Of a stretch of DNA of 45,593 nt, positions 1 to 11,244 are shown piece after piece. The stretch is taken from assembly GCA_002313355.1 (NCBI GenBank), contig DCBD01000129.1, forward strand, positions 1 through 45,593. Reading direction: 5' to 3'. The notes below the pieces were generated by a model, which was not told the origin of the DNA, searched no databases, and worked only from the letters and a program-made list of their open reading frames with translations. The position numbers were made by a program, and so were the translations under genes. Each line of letters begins with the position of its first letter. The first letter of the stretch is position 1. The DNA comes from Opitutia bacterium UBA1116. GTDB lineage: Bacteria > Verrucomicrobiota > Verrucomicrobiia > Opitutales > UBA1977.

Positions 1-1
1 T

Positions 2-643
2 GTTTTCTATCTTCACTCACGCCTTCTTGAACGTTCTGCAAGGCTTAATGAAGAGAGTGGGGGAGGATCACTTACAGCGCTACCTGTTATTGAGACTCAA
101 GCAGGTGACGTATCCGCCTACATCCCAACCAATGTTATTTCGATTACAGATGGACAAATTTTCCTAGAAACAGACCTGTTCAATCAAGGCATTCGTCCTG
201 CGATCTCTGTTGGACTCTCCGTTTCGCGGGTTGGATCCGCTGCGCAAATCAAAGCCTTTAAGCAAGTCGCAGGCAAAATCAAACTGCAATTGGCTCAGTT
301 CCGCGAGCTTGCTGCGTTTGCACAGTTTGGCTCTGACTTGGACGCTCGTACAAAGCAGCAGCTAGAGCGTGGCTCCCGCGTTGTAGAACTTTTCAAGCAA
401 CCTGAATTTAGCCCGAAACCTGCTGAAGTACAAGTTAGCTTGCTCTGGGCGATGCAAAATGGACTTTTTGATTCTATCGATGTCAAAAAGATTGTAGAAG
501 CTAAAGATAGCCTCGAAGAATTCCTCTGCACACGCAAAAAATCTGTCGTCGATGCTATTTTGCAAACAGGAAAACTAACCGAAGAAATTGAAGGGCAACT
601 TAAAGAGGCCTGCGAAGAGTGGAAGCGTACATTCAGCGCTTAA
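2..643 (+). CDS. atpA: F0F1 ATP synthase subunit alpha, C-terminal part (5' end outside window)
   Basis: Frame 2 is open from the window edge. The translation [82 protein letters not shown] is the conserved C-terminal half of F1 alpha. The listed ORF 290..643 is only its tail, with TTG taken as start. It is followed by gamma, beta and epsilon. Confidence 0.95.
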   Translation, partial: VFYLHSRLLERSARLNEESGGGSLTALPVIETQAGDVSAYIPTNVISITDGQIFLETDLFNQGIRPAISVGLSVSRVGSAAQIKAFKQVAGKIKLQLAQFRELAAFAQFGSDLDARTKQQLERGSRVVELFKQPEFSPKPAEVQVSLLWAMQNGLFDSIDVKKIVEAKDSLEEFLCTRKKSVVDAILQTGKLTEEIEGQLKEACEEWKRTFSA

Positions 644-664
644 TCACTGGCAAAGAAAAGAAAC

Positions 665-1543
665 ATGAAGGGCATACGGGACATTAAGCGGCGGATTAAG
701 TCGGTCAAAAACACGGCTCAGATTACGCGCGCCATGCAACTTGTTGCAGCCTCAAAAATGAAGCGCGCACAAGACAAGGCCCTTGCAGGACGCCCTTACT
801 CACTCCTGCTGGCTGAAATCTTAAATGCACTCATCACCCAAGGGAAGGGTAGACTCAAACACCCATTCATGGAAGAGCGCACAATCGCCAAGCGGGGGAT
901 TCTTGTTATTGCAACAGATAAAGGTCTATGCGGTCCGCTCAACTCAAATCTCTTTAGGCAAGCCATAGACATTGATGATGCCGCATTTATTTGTATTGGG
1001 AAAAAATCTACACAGTTTTTGTCACGCGCCGGGCGCAATGTCATCGCTGATTTTTCCGTTTCAGACCATACAAACTTTAATGAAGTACGCGTTGCCGTAG
1101 AATTCATGATCAACGCTTATCTTAAAGGAGAAATTGATTCTCTTGAGGTACTGTTTTCTCGCTTTATCAATACACTCAAGCAAGAGCCTGTCATTGAACA
1201 GTTACTGCCTTTTTCATCGCTTGATGCAACCCTGGAATCTCTTCGCAAGCGCCTTCAAATGCAAGAATCTGAGCAACTCGAAGACGCCCGCGAAATGCTT
1301 TTCGAGCCAGATCCTCAGGCTATATTGTCAGAATTGCCATCCCTTTTCATTAAACAAGAAATCTATCAAATGGTTCTTGAAGCAAAAGCCTCGGAGCACA
1401 GTGCACGCATGGTTGCTATGAAAAGTGCAACGGATAACGCCAAGAGTCTTGTTGACGACTTAACCCTTCAATACAACAAGGCGCGCCAAGCCGCCATCAC
1501 TCAAGAAATTCTCGAAATCGCTGCATCTACCGCTGCAAACTAA
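665..1543 (+). CDS. atpG: F0F1 ATP synthase subunit gamma
   Basis: 292 aa. The N-terminus IKRRIKSVKNTAQITRAMQLVAASKMKRAQ and C-terminus YNKARQAAITQEILEI are the hallmark gamma helices. It lies between alpha and beta. Confidence 0.93.
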   Translation: MKGIRDIKRRIKSVKNTAQITRAMQLVAASKMKRAQDKALAGRPYSLLLAEILNALITQGKGRLKHPFMEERTIAKRGILVIATDKGLCGPLNSNLFRQAIDIDDAAFICIGKKSTQFLSRAGRNVIADFSVSDHTNFNEVRVAVEFMINAYLKGEIDSLEVLFSRFINTLKQEPVIEQLLPFSSLDATLESLRKRLQMQESEQLEDAREMLFEPDPQAILSELPSLFIKQEIYQMVLEAKASEHSARMVAMKSATDNAKSLVDDLTLQYNKARQAAITQEILEIAASTAAN

Positions 1544-1568
1544 TTTTTAACACTCAAGCAAGTCATAA

Positions 1569-3005
<1,437 letters not shown>

Positions 3006-3027
3006 GCTGTTTTCTTAACTCAAAGCC

Positions 3028-3444
3028 ATGAGCCTCAAACTTGAAATTGTAACACCAGAAAAAAGGGTCTTCGAAGACACCGTTGAATCTGTAGTGTTAC
3101 CCACAGAGAGCGGCGAAATAGGCGTCCTCCCTGGTCATATCCCGCTACTTACTGTGGTACAACCCGGCAATCTGCACGTAACCCGTGCAGGAACTAACGA
3201 AGACCTCGCTGTCGACAAAGGCTTTGCGCGCATCATGGGCGACACCATTTCCGTGCTGACAGAAGCGGCTATCCATGTCGAAGAAATCGACGTCGATGAA
3301 GTAGAAGCAGCTCAAGCACGCGCTGAAGAAGCCTTAGAGCAAGCACGTGAGCAAAAGGAAATAGACCCTGCGGAAATTGAAAAGCTCGAGGCTATTGTGA
3401 GATTCTCAATTGCACAAAAGCTAATTAAAAAGAAAAAGCTTTAA
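3028..3444 (+). CDS. atpC: F0F1 ATP synthase subunit epsilon
   Basis: 138 aa. It has an N-terminal beta-sandwich-type sequence (LKLEIVTPEKRVFED...GVLPGHIPLLT) and a C-terminal helical Ala/Glu-rich tail. It sits directly after atpD. Confidence 0.9.
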   Translation: MSLKLEIVTPEKRVFEDTVESVVLPTESGEIGVLPGHIPLLTVVQPGNLHVTRAGTNEDLAVDKGFARIMGDTISVLTEAAIHVEEIDVDEVEAAQARAEEALEQAREQKEIDPAEIEKLEAIVRFSIAQKLIKKKKL

Positions 3445-3463
3445 CTTTTTACAGAGCGTTTAT

Positions 3464-4381
3464 TCACGCCAAGCTAACGGTAACGCTAAACGTTTTCGTC
3501 TCGTTTGGGTCTACCCATTGGAGGCCTTTTTTGTGCTCCGGACTGCCAGGCGGGCCCATCCAAGGCTCGACACAATAAAAAGGACTCTCGTCGGACTCTG
3601 TCCACGTTGTGAGGCATGTCCACGGAGCGGGAATCTTGTCATCACCAATAACAACACTGACAGGCTCTTCACCGCTGTTTGGACCAAAGACAATTACGTT
3701 ATCTTTGAGCTTGCAGTGAATACGATCTACAATGGCTAGATTAGAGAAAGTCTCATCAACTGCAATGTCTTTGGCAGGCTCAAGCGCACCATTCGCTCCA
3801 TGATAGAATGCCTTCTTAGCAGGAATATGGATCGTGTAATCCTCACGAGTTAGGCCAGAGTGCCAGGGAAGCTTGAAGTAAAAATGATGGCCTGCACACC
3901 AGGGAATAGGAACTTCGTCTTGATTTTCGAGGCTTAAGTCTACTGAAAACGATAACTCTTCAAAATGATATCGAACTAAAAATTGATACTTAAAAGGGTA
4001 CGCGTCAAATGAAGACGTAGGAGGTGCCAAACGGGAAGTGAACCCTTGCTCATCAGAGTGAATAAGTTCAAATTTGGCATCGCGGGCAAAGCCATGCCGA
4101 GGCATTGGCAAGCGCTTGCCTTGAAATCGCCAATAGCCCTCAACACCCTGATCAAAGGTTCGCGCAACAAATGGGAATAGCAATGGATTACCCCCTCGGA
4201 CTTTAGCTAGATTTGAATAGTCAGCATCTTCTGGCCAATAAATAATATCTCGCATTGTGCCATTGGCCAATTTAAGCCCCCAATGCATCAAACGAGCCCC
4301 ATTTTCAGGTAGGGCTTTAAATGTAGAGCCCCCCACACTCCATTGCATGCACATACAGCCTTCGTGGATAAATGTTTCCAT
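3464..4381 (-). CDS. aldose 1-epimerase (galactose mutarotase-like) family protein
   Basis: 305 aa. The motifs GGNPLLFPFVAR and MPRHGFARD..F match the conserved GG.P..FP and HGFAR blocks of aldose/hexose-phosphate epimerase-like proteins. Confidence 0.7.
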   Translation of the reverse strand: METFIHEGCMCMQWSVGGSTFKALPENGARLMHWGLKLANGTMRDIIYWPEDADYSNLAKVRGGNPLLFPFVARTFDQGVEGYWRFQGKRLPMPRHGFARDAKFELIHSDEQGFTSRLAPPTSSFDAYPFKYQFLVRYHFEELSFSVDLSLENQDEVPIPWCAGHHFYFKLPWHSGLTREDYTIHIPAKKAFYHGANGALEPAKDIAVDETFSNLAIVDRIHCKLKDNVIVFGPNSGEEPVSVVIGDDKIPAPWTCLTTWTESDESPFYCVEPWMGPPGSPEHKKGLQWVDPNETKTFSVTVSLA

Positions 4382-4452
4382 AAGAATTCAGTCTAATAAA
4401 AACATGCTGAAAATAAAGCTTTTAGGTCTTTTCAATACAGATGTAGAAGCAT

Positions 4453-5877
4453 ATGATTAGCCTCATGCGCCATTATCTCGCATTGCTGCTTTGGTGTTTA
4501 GTGATGCCCAGTCTTTGGGCACAAATACCTCATGAGCAAGCACCTCAAAATGTTTTGGTCTACGTAGTTCCTATTGAAGGTCCCATTGCAGGTCCACAAA
4601 CATTTATACTGCGTCGCGCGCTAAAAGAAGCCATTGAAGAAAATGTTAAGACCGTTGTACTCAAAATAGATACCCCAGGCGGAGCTGTAAACGATGCCCT
4701 TGAGATCATTGAGATGCTGGAAAAATTTCCAGGAACAACATTAGCCTTTGTTGACAACGAAGCGTTGTCTGCAGGAGCCTATATTGCTATTGCCTGTGAC
4801 AAAATCTACATGACTCCTAACGGACTAATTGGATCTGCTGCAGTTGTGCAAGCAACCGGACAAGATGTCCCGGAAACTGTGCGGCTAAAAATTGAAAGCT
4901 ACCTCAAGGCAAAAATTCGACAACTTTCAGAAAACGATCGTTATCGTGGTCCAGTCATGCAAGCTATGATGGACAAAGCATTTGTCTTGGAGATTGAAGG
5001 GAAAACGCTTAAGCCTAAAGGGGAACTACTAACCCTCACGGCCTCAGAAGCAAACGCGCTTTACGGAGCCCCTCCACAACCACTGCTCGCATCTGGAGTA
5101 GCTTCAAGCACTCAAGCTATGCTTGAGCAATACTTTCAAAAAAACAACTTTGTCATAAAAAACTTCGAAATAACCTGGTCAGAAGCATTAGCAAAATGGC
5201 TTCAAGGAATTGCGCCTGTACTCTTAGGCCTCGGAATGCTATGCCTTTTTATTGAATTCAAAACACCCGGGTTTGGCGTATTTGGAATGCTAGGACTAGC
5301 TGCCTTACTTATTGTTTTTGCTAGCAACTATGTGGCTGGCCTGGCAGGAAACGAAGAAATCTTAATCTTTCTTGTAGGGCTTCTCTTGCTTGCTGCAGAA
5401 ATATTTCTCATTCCTGGAACCATGATAGCAGGTGCAAGTGGCATTTTAATGATTTTGGGAGCTCTTGTATGGGCAATGGCAGACATCTGGCCCAGTGAAA
5501 GTTTTAAGATAACACCTGACATTTTTGTAGAACCTTTAATCAATGTCGCACTTGCGCTAATTTTTGGGCTTCTTGCTGCTATATTGCTTTCAAGGTTTAT
5601 ACCTAAATCAAGCTTATGGAAAAAATTAGTTTTAAAAGCACAAGTACGGTCAACCAAACCTCAACAAAATGGCGATAACACCAATAACTTATTCCAACTA
5701 CCACCGATAGGAACACGAGGTTATGCGGCTACAGATCTATTCCCATCGGGAGAAATCGATATTGGTGGAAAGCGATATCAAGCATGTTCTGAGCTTGGCA
5801 TGATACAAAAAAACTCTGAAGTCATCGTAAGTGGATATAAAAATTTTGCAGTCACAGTAAAACCATTACGCGAATAA
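4453..5877 (+). CDS. NfeD-family membrane-bound serine protease (ClpP-class, long form)
   Basis: 474 aa with a signal-like N-terminus. The ClpP/SppA-like blocks are IDTPGGAVNDALEI and ALSAGAYIAIACDKIYM. A multi-helix hydrophobic middle region is followed by a C-terminal NfeD OB-type tail (GEIDIGGKRYQA...VIVSGYKNFAVTV). A flotillin gene lies downstream. Confidence 0.8.
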   Translation: MISLMRHYLALLLWCLVMPSLWAQIPHEQAPQNVLVYVVPIEGPIAGPQTFILRRALKEAIEENVKTVVLKIDTPGGAVNDALEIIEMLEKFPGTTLAFVDNEALSAGAYIAIACDKIYMTPNGLIGSAAVVQATGQDVPETVRLKIESYLKAKIRQLSENDRYRGPVMQAMMDKAFVLEIEGKTLKPKGELLTLTASEANALYGAPPQPLLASGVASSTQAMLEQYFQKNNFVIKNFEITWSEALAKWLQGIAPVLLGLGMLCLFIEFKTPGFGVFGMLGLAALLIVFASNYVAGLAGNEEILIFLVGLLLLAAEIFLIPGTMIAGASGILMILGALVWAMADIWPSESFKITPDIFVEPLINVALALIFGLLAAILLSRFIPKSSLWKKLVLKAQVRSTKPQQNGDNTNNLFQLPPIGTRGYAATDLFPSGEIDIGGKRYQACSELGMIQKNSEVIVSGYKNFAVTVKPLRE

Positions 5878-5878
5878 C

Positions 5879-6346
5879 ATGGGTCTCATCATTACACTCA
5901 TTCTTGCAGGATTGATTCTTATTTCTTTTGAAGTAGTTGTTCCAGGAGGCATTTTAGGAACACTTGGATTCATTTCTTATGCCGCAGCATGTTTTTTTGC
6001 CTATGAAACGTATGGGCCCATGACAGCCATACTGCTATTTATTGGGACTCTTTTACTCACGGCTTTATTGCTTATTTTGGAATTTAAATGGCTACCTAAA
6101 ACCAAACCCGGGGCGAAATTGTTTTTGAAATCAACAAGCGGTGGTTCCTCTAAAGCACATGCACAACAAGATACCATCATTGGCAAGCTAGGTAAAACGA
6201 GCACAACACTTGCACCATCAGGAATGGTTGAAATCGATGGCAAACTTTACGAGGCATTCTCCATGGATGGGCTGTTAGAAAAAAACATTTCCATTCAAGT
6301 TGTAAAATGCGATAATTTTAGACTTGTTGTTAAAAAATCTCGATAA
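5879..6346 (+). CDS. NfeD-family protein (short form, membrane anchor plus OB-fold tail)
   Basis: 155 aa. About three N-terminal hydrophobic helices are followed by GMVEIDGKLYEAFS...IQVVKCDNFRLVV, the typical NfeD C-terminal domain pattern. It starts 1 nt after the previous stop. Confidence 0.65.
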   Translation: MGLIITLILAGLILISFEVVVPGGILGTLGFISYAAACFFAYETYGPMTAILLFIGTLLLTALLLILEFKWLPKTKPGAKLFLKSTSGGSSKAHAQQDTIIGKLGKTSTTLAPSGMVEIDGKLYEAFSMDGLLEKNISIQVVKCDNFRLVVKKSR

Positions 6347-6398
6347 GTAATACCTGTCCTAAACACCCTTGAAATACTTAACTTAAATAAAAATCCTC

Positions 6399-7430
6399 AT
6401 GACATCTACCTTCGCCATAACAACCGGCAGCATTATTGCCATTTTAATGGGTGTATTCATCTTTGTATTGGCTGCACTCATCCTTTCCTTCTTTAATGTC
6501 TGGCTACGCGCTATGCTAGCGGGAGCGCCTGTCAGCATGGCTACACTCATCGCCATGAGGCTTCGAGGTGTACCCTATGCGCGGATTGTCGACTCAAGAA
6601 TCACTGCAGTTAAAGCAGGTCTAAGTTTGCCTCTTGACGACCTAGAAGCTCATTATCTTGCTGAAGGAAATTTATATCAAACCGTGCAGGCTTTAATTGC
6701 AGCCGACAAAGCTGGTCTTGATCTCATCTGGACACGCGCTTGTGCCATTGACTTAGCAACGAAAGGCACAGGGAAGTCTGTTTTGGATGCTGTACAAACA
6801 TCCGTAAACCCAAAAGTTATTGACTGCCCAAGCCCAAGCAGTGGTCGCCCCTCTATTGATGGTGTTGCCAAAGATGGCATTCAAGTTCAAGTGCGTGCGC
6901 GTGTTACCGTCCGAACCAATTTAGATCGCTTTGTAGGAGGTGCCCAAGAAGAAACTATCATTGCACGGGTAGGTGAGGGGATCGTGACAACGATAGGCTC
7001 TGCCGAAAACTACAAATATGTACTCGAAAACCCAGATAGAATTTCAAAGCTCGTCCTCGAACGTGGCCTGGATGTAGGTACAGCTTTCGAAATTCTATCT
7101 ATTGACATTGCAGATGTTGATGTTGGTCAAAATGTAGGCGCGCAGCTTCAAGAAGCACAAGCTGAAGCAAATAAAAACATGGCACAAGCACAAGCTGAGA
7201 TAAGGCGTGCTGCTGCAGTTGCTCAAGAGCAGGAAATGAAAGCACGCGTTCAGGAGATGCAAGCCAAAGTTGTCGAAGCACGCGCACAAGTACCTTTAGC
7301 TATTGCAGAAGCTTTAAGAAAAGGAAATTTAGGTGTCATGGATTATTATCGCCTAGAAAACATCCAAGCTGACACGCAAATGCGTGATGCTCTTTCTGAA
7401 GAAAACGCCCAAGAAGACACTAAACTTTAA
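6399..7430 (+). CDS. floA: flotillin-like protein FloA (YqfA/UPF0365 family)
   Basis: 343 aa. An N-terminal membrane hairpin is followed by [25 protein letters not shown], which resembles the B. subtilis FloA N-terminus. An SPFH-like core and an Ala/Gln/Glu-rich coiled-coil tail follow. NfeD genes lie upstream. Confidence 0.85.
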   Translation: MTSTFAITTGSIIAILMGVFIFVLAALILSFFNVWLRAMLAGAPVSMATLIAMRLRGVPYARIVDSRITAVKAGLSLPLDDLEAHYLAEGNLYQTVQALIAADKAGLDLIWTRACAIDLATKGTGKSVLDAVQTSVNPKVIDCPSPSSGRPSIDGVAKDGIQVQVRARVTVRTNLDRFVGGAQEETIIARVGEGIVTTIGSAENYKYVLENPDRISKLVLERGLDVGTAFEILSIDIADVDVGQNVGAQLQEAQAEANKNMAQAQAEIRRAAAVAQEQEMKARVQEMQAKVVEARAQVPLAIAEALRKGNLGVMDYYRLENIQADTQMRDALSEENAQEDTKL

Positions 7431-7445
7431 GAGTATTTTTTTAAA

Positions 7446-7946
7446 ATGAACCTAGAGTCACTACTGGAATATTTATTTCCTGTTATTTTTATTCTAGTCG
7501 TTTTAGCGACAAAGCTCGCTGAAGCTCGTTTAAAAAAATCTACATCAGAAAGTAAGAACAAGGAACAAGGCCTGTCTCTGCCAACAACGGAAGACATACG
7601 TGAGGAAATTCAAAAAAAAATCCTAGAACGTAGAAAACAAAACGCACCCGATACACATAACTCACCCACGAAGCAGCAGGAGGACTTGAGCACAGGAAAC
7701 TATTACGCATTGAAACTTCAGAAAGAAAGAGAGCGTGTAGAAAAAACACTTCAAGCGGCTCGTAAAGCCCGGGAACAGCACCCCATCAACAAAAAACACT
7801 TATCACAAAAAACAAGCACCGCCCGCATTCGAAATTCCTTAAAAACCCCACAGTTAGCTCGAAACGCATATCTCTACCACGAGATTTTTGCATGTCCCGT
7901 CGGCCTTAGGCGAGAGGGTGTTATTGTTCCAAGCTGGAAACTTTAA
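7446..7946 (+). CDS. hypothetical protein, N-terminal membrane anchor and Lys/Arg/Gln-rich tail
   Basis: 166-aa ORF starting 15 bp after floA on the same strand. It has one N-terminal hydrophobic helix. The rest is low-complexity and charged, and I recognise no family. Confidence 0.5.
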   Translation: MNLESLLEYLFPVIFILVVLATKLAEARLKKSTSESKNKEQGLSLPTTEDIREEIQKKILERRKQNAPDTHNSPTKQQEDLSTGNYYALKLQKERERVEKTLQAARKAREQHPINKKHLSQKTSTARIRNSLKTPQLARNAYLYHEIFACPVGLRREGVIVPSWKL

Positions 7947-7949
7947 AAA

Positions 7950-8765
7950 CTAATCAAAAACGCGGACTGCGATGCCGTCGGCATTCATGCCGTATTGCTT
8001 CCCTTGTTTTTCGAGCACAAGGTTTTCTCCCTCAGAGAAATGAATTTTAATTTGCCCGCGTTTGCGAAGGGCAATATCTTCCCCACGTTTTAAAGTGCCT
8101 GAGTAGAGTTTTTTCTTATCCTGTTCTTGGCGAACAACGACATGAACATCTCCACGCGTCGCCAAAAGACGTATAGTTTCCTCAACAACCGGCTCCACAG
8201 ATTGTTTTTCATTTTTAGCAACTTGAGAAAAATCTGGAGTACTCTCGCTCAAGAAAACTTTACCAATAAATAAAGATGTAAGTGCTATAAGCACAATGGC
8301 TGCAACAATGGCCCCAACAACTTTAGCGTAAGGGTATTCCATGATTCGTGAAAAAAAAGAATTGTTGGGGACAAAATCGTCCGCCGTGTTTACGTCTTGG
8401 GTAGAGCTAGACTCATTAGATGCTGCACGTGATGACATAGACTGGACAGAACGCTCTGCAACAAAAGACGTTTCTTGAAGATCCATACGACCCAAGGTTT
8501 CTCGACTTTCGCGCTTAGCATTGCGACCTGAGCCAAGACGGCTTGCTTGATAGTCGCGGACGAGCTTTTCAGCGTCCATCTTTAAGTACTTAGCATACAA
8601 ACGTAAAAATCCTCGCTTGTAAACTTCAGGAAGATCAAACTCAAATTGATTGTTTTCGAGGTTAATTAAAAAATCACTACGGATTTTAGTGGCTTCAGCT
8701 GCCTCGCGGATCGAAAGACCTTGCCTCTTTCTCGCTTCTTCTAGTCGCTCGCCTATTGTTTGCAT
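7950..8765 (-). CDS. rodZ: RodZ-like cytoskeleton protein (XRE-type HTH, transmembrane helix, C-terminal beta domain)
   Basis: 271 aa. The N-terminus IGERLEEARKRQGLSIREAAEATKIRSDFLINLENNQF is the RodZ HTH signature. There is a central TM helix (VVGAIVAAIVLIALTSLFI). The C-terminal part resembles the DUF4115-type domain. Confidence 0.7.
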   Translation of the reverse strand: MQTIGERLEEARKRQGLSIREAAEATKIRSDFLINLENNQFEFDLPEVYKRGFLRLYAKYLKMDAEKLVRDYQASRLGSGRNAKRESRETLGRMDLQETSFVAERSVQSMSSRAASNESSSTQDVNTADDFVPNNSFFSRIMEYPYAKVVGAIVAAIVLIALTSLFIGKVFLSESTPDFSQVAKNEKQSVEPVVEETIRLLATRGDVHVVVRQEQDKKKLYSGTLKRGEDIALRKRGQIKIHFSEGENLVLEKQGKQYGMNADGIAVRVFD

Positions 8766-8785
8766 ATCTTTTAGTATGAGAGTGG

Positions 8786-11134
8786 TTAATAAGAATCCAA
8801 GTCTTTTAATATTTCACGTGGCTGAGCCCCATTTTCAGGACCAACAAACCCCTGATCTTCTAGTATTTCCATAATTCTAGCGGCACGATTATACCCTATG
8901 CGCAAGCGCCTTTGCAGCATTGAAGTAGAAGCGCGCTTAGTGCTCCTTAGAACATCAAGCGCTGCAGGGACCAATTCATCCTCATAGTCTCCAGCAGGGC
9001 TATCAGCCTCGCCGCCTGAATCTACCTGGCGCTGGACATCTTCAGCATATTGAGGAGGACCATTTTGCTTTAAAAAGTCCACCAAGCCATTGATTTCATC
9101 GTCAGAAACGTAGGCACCTTGTGCACGCACCATATGGGCCGTTCCAGGAGGAATAAAAAGCATATCACCACGGCCTATTAGCTTATCTGCCCCTCCTCCA
9201 TCTAAAATGGTGCGGCTATCAACCTTTGAGGCAACTTTGAATGAAATACGGCTTGGCAAGTTCGCCTTAATGACACCGGTAATAACGTTCACAGAAGGCC
9301 TTTGAGTCGCAATCACAAGGTGAATACCTGCGGCTCGAGCTAATTGAGCTAGCCGGGCAATGCACGTTTCGATATCAGCAGGCGCAACCATCATTAAGTC
9401 GGCCAACTCATCAACGATGCAAACAATGTATGGCAGTTTGCTTTTGGGGACCTCAATATTAGCATCCCGTGGAACTTCTATAGTGCTCACAGCTGCACGC
9501 TCTTCAGGAGACAACTCTGCGTCTATCTGAGCAGCTTTTTCGCGTTCAGCTTTGTCTTTTAGGATCTTTGCATTAAACCCTGCTATGTTTCGCACCCCTA
9601 CCTTAGCAAAAATTTGGTAGCGGTTTTCCATTTCGTTAATAAGCCATTTAAGGGCCCCAGGAACCTTTTTTGGATCTGTCACAACAGGTATCAGCATATG
9701 AGGCAAGCTGTTGTACATCTGCATTTCAACGATCTTGGGGTCTACCATAATAAATCGCAAGTCATCAGGGCTGGCATGGTAGAGCAAAGAAGCAATAATG
9801 GCATTGATGCAAACCGTCTTACCCGAACCCGTAGAGCCTGCGATTAAAAGATGCGGCATCTTAGTGAGGTCTGCAACAAGAGGCTTTCCAGTAACATCTT
9901 TACCCAAAACAATTGGAATTTCTGCTTTTGCATTAGCCCAAGCTGTTGATTCGATGATCTCCCTTAAGCAGACCGGAGTAGGGTGTTGATTAGGAACCTC
10001 TACACCAACGCTGCCCTTCCCGGGAACCGGTGCTAAAATACGGACAGAAGATGCCCGAAGGCCCAAAGCGATATTTTTATCGAGATTAGCAATCTTCTCA
10101 ACACGGACCCCGGCAGCAGGCGTCACTTCATAGCGGGTAATAACAGGGCCCGTATGAACTTCTCCAGGGGAAACCTTTACACCAAATTCAGCTAAGGTTT
10201 GCACCAAACCATCCGCAACCTGTTGATGATCATCTTCATCAGCAACAACCGACACTTGGGGCTCTTGCAAAAGATGAGTGGAAGGAAAACAATAGGCACC
10301 TTTTTTTTGAGGTAAGCGTTCTTTGGCCTTCTCTGTTGATGTGCTATTAATGATTTTCAGACTGGAAGGCTTAGGCTGAGTTTCAGGAATGCTTGGATTG
10401 TCGTCTTTTGATACTTTCTTCCCAAGCAATTTACGCTTTTTTTGAAGTTTTGGCGCTTTTTCTATCGGAGGAGCTTCAACAAGTGCAATTTCCTCTAAGG
10501 CAGGCTGCTCCTCTTTAGAGGTATTTTTGAGCTGAGTACGCCAATCATCATAGCGCTTTTTAATGATCTCCCATAAAGGAGCGTCTAAGCAAATACCCAA
10601 ACCTCCTGCAAAAAACAGGCCAAATAAAATGACACTACTTCCAACGGTTCCAAGGCTTTCAATTAAAAGGCTATTAAAAAGGACATTGCCAATAACACCA
10701 CCGAGCCCTCGGCTATAGTTACCCGATAGGTATTCTCCAGGACCATAAGCATATTGAGCCACAGCAAAAATGCCTATACTGCCAATAAAAAGGGCAAACC
10801 AAGACAAGCCCATCCTCCAGCTAAATGGCAAAAACCGGGTACTAGCTAGAGTGTAAGCAAACCAAAAAAGGGCTACGGGAACAAACCAAGCAACAAGTCC
10901 CAACCAGCTCATCAAAAAAAACGCGAGAAAAACCCCAACTTTGCCGACCTTATTGCTCGATACTGGATCTGTGGTTAACAAAGGATTTTGAGATGGCGCG
11001 TAATCCCACAACGCAATCATCAACAACAACGCGCCTAGCAAGACAAGTAATGCTGAAATTGGCCTTGATTTACCCTCTCTGGGCGCAAAAGACTTTTTCT
11101 CTGTTTTTTTTTCCTTCCTATTGAAGAATTTCAT
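8786..11134 (-). CDS. ftsK: DNA translocase FtsK
   Basis: 782 aa. Four to five N-terminal TM helices are followed by a Pro/Lys-rich linker. The motor has Walker A GSTGSGKT and Walker B IVCIVDELADLMM. The gamma winged-helix region is STSMLQRRLRIGYNRAARIMEILEDQG. Confidence 0.94.
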   Translation of the reverse strand: MKFFNRKEKKTEKKSFAPREGKSRPISALLVLLGALLLMIALWDYAPSQNPLLTTDPVSSNKVGKVGVFLAFFLMSWLGLVAWFVPVALFWFAYTLASTRFLPFSWRMGLSWFALFIGSIGIFAVAQYAYGPGEYLSGNYSRGLGGVIGNVLFNSLLIESLGTVGSSVILFGLFFAGGLGICLDAPLWEIIKKRYDDWRTQLKNTSKEEQPALEEIALVEAPPIEKAPKLQKKRKLLGKKVSKDDNPSIPETQPKPSSLKIINSTSTEKAKERLPQKKGAYCFPSTHLLQEPQVSVVADEDDHQQVADGLVQTLAEFGVKVSPGEVHTGPVITRYEVTPAAGVRVEKIANLDKNIALGLRASSVRILAPVPGKGSVGVEVPNQHPTPVCLREIIESTAWANAKAEIPIVLGKDVTGKPLVADLTKMPHLLIAGSTGSGKTVCINAIIASLLYHASPDDLRFIMVDPKIVEMQMYNSLPHMLIPVVTDPKKVPGALKWLINEMENRYQIFAKVGVRNIAGFNAKILKDKAEREKAAQIDAELSPEERAAVSTIEVPRDANIEVPKSKLPYIVCIVDELADLMMVAPADIETCIARLAQLARAAGIHLVIATQRPSVNVITGVIKANLPSRISFKVASKVDSRTILDGGGADKLIGRGDMLFIPPGTAHMVRAQGAYVSDDEINGLVDFLKQNGPPQYAEDVQRQVDSGGEADSPAGDYEDELVPAALDVLRSTKRASTSMLQRRLRIGYNRAARIMEILEDQGFVGPENGAQPREILKDLDSY

Positions 11135-11244
11135 GCTAGTCCTTTTAGCGGATACCTCTTAAAGTTAATGTGCGTCTAATTAGCTAAGCTATAAAACACA
11201 TCACGGTTTTAGTTTGCTTTCAATTCAAAAACAGAACGAAGTCC

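Noticed and set aside
7612-7620. A9 homopolymer inside the 166-aa ORF, and similar A8/T8-T9 runs at about 8345, 10294, 11108 and 16750, as phase-variation tracts
   Set aside because: They all encode Lys-Lys (AAA AAA) stretches in Lys-rich regions of an AT-rich genome. They are not at 5' ends of surface-protein genes, and no frameshifted continuation ORFs are seen.
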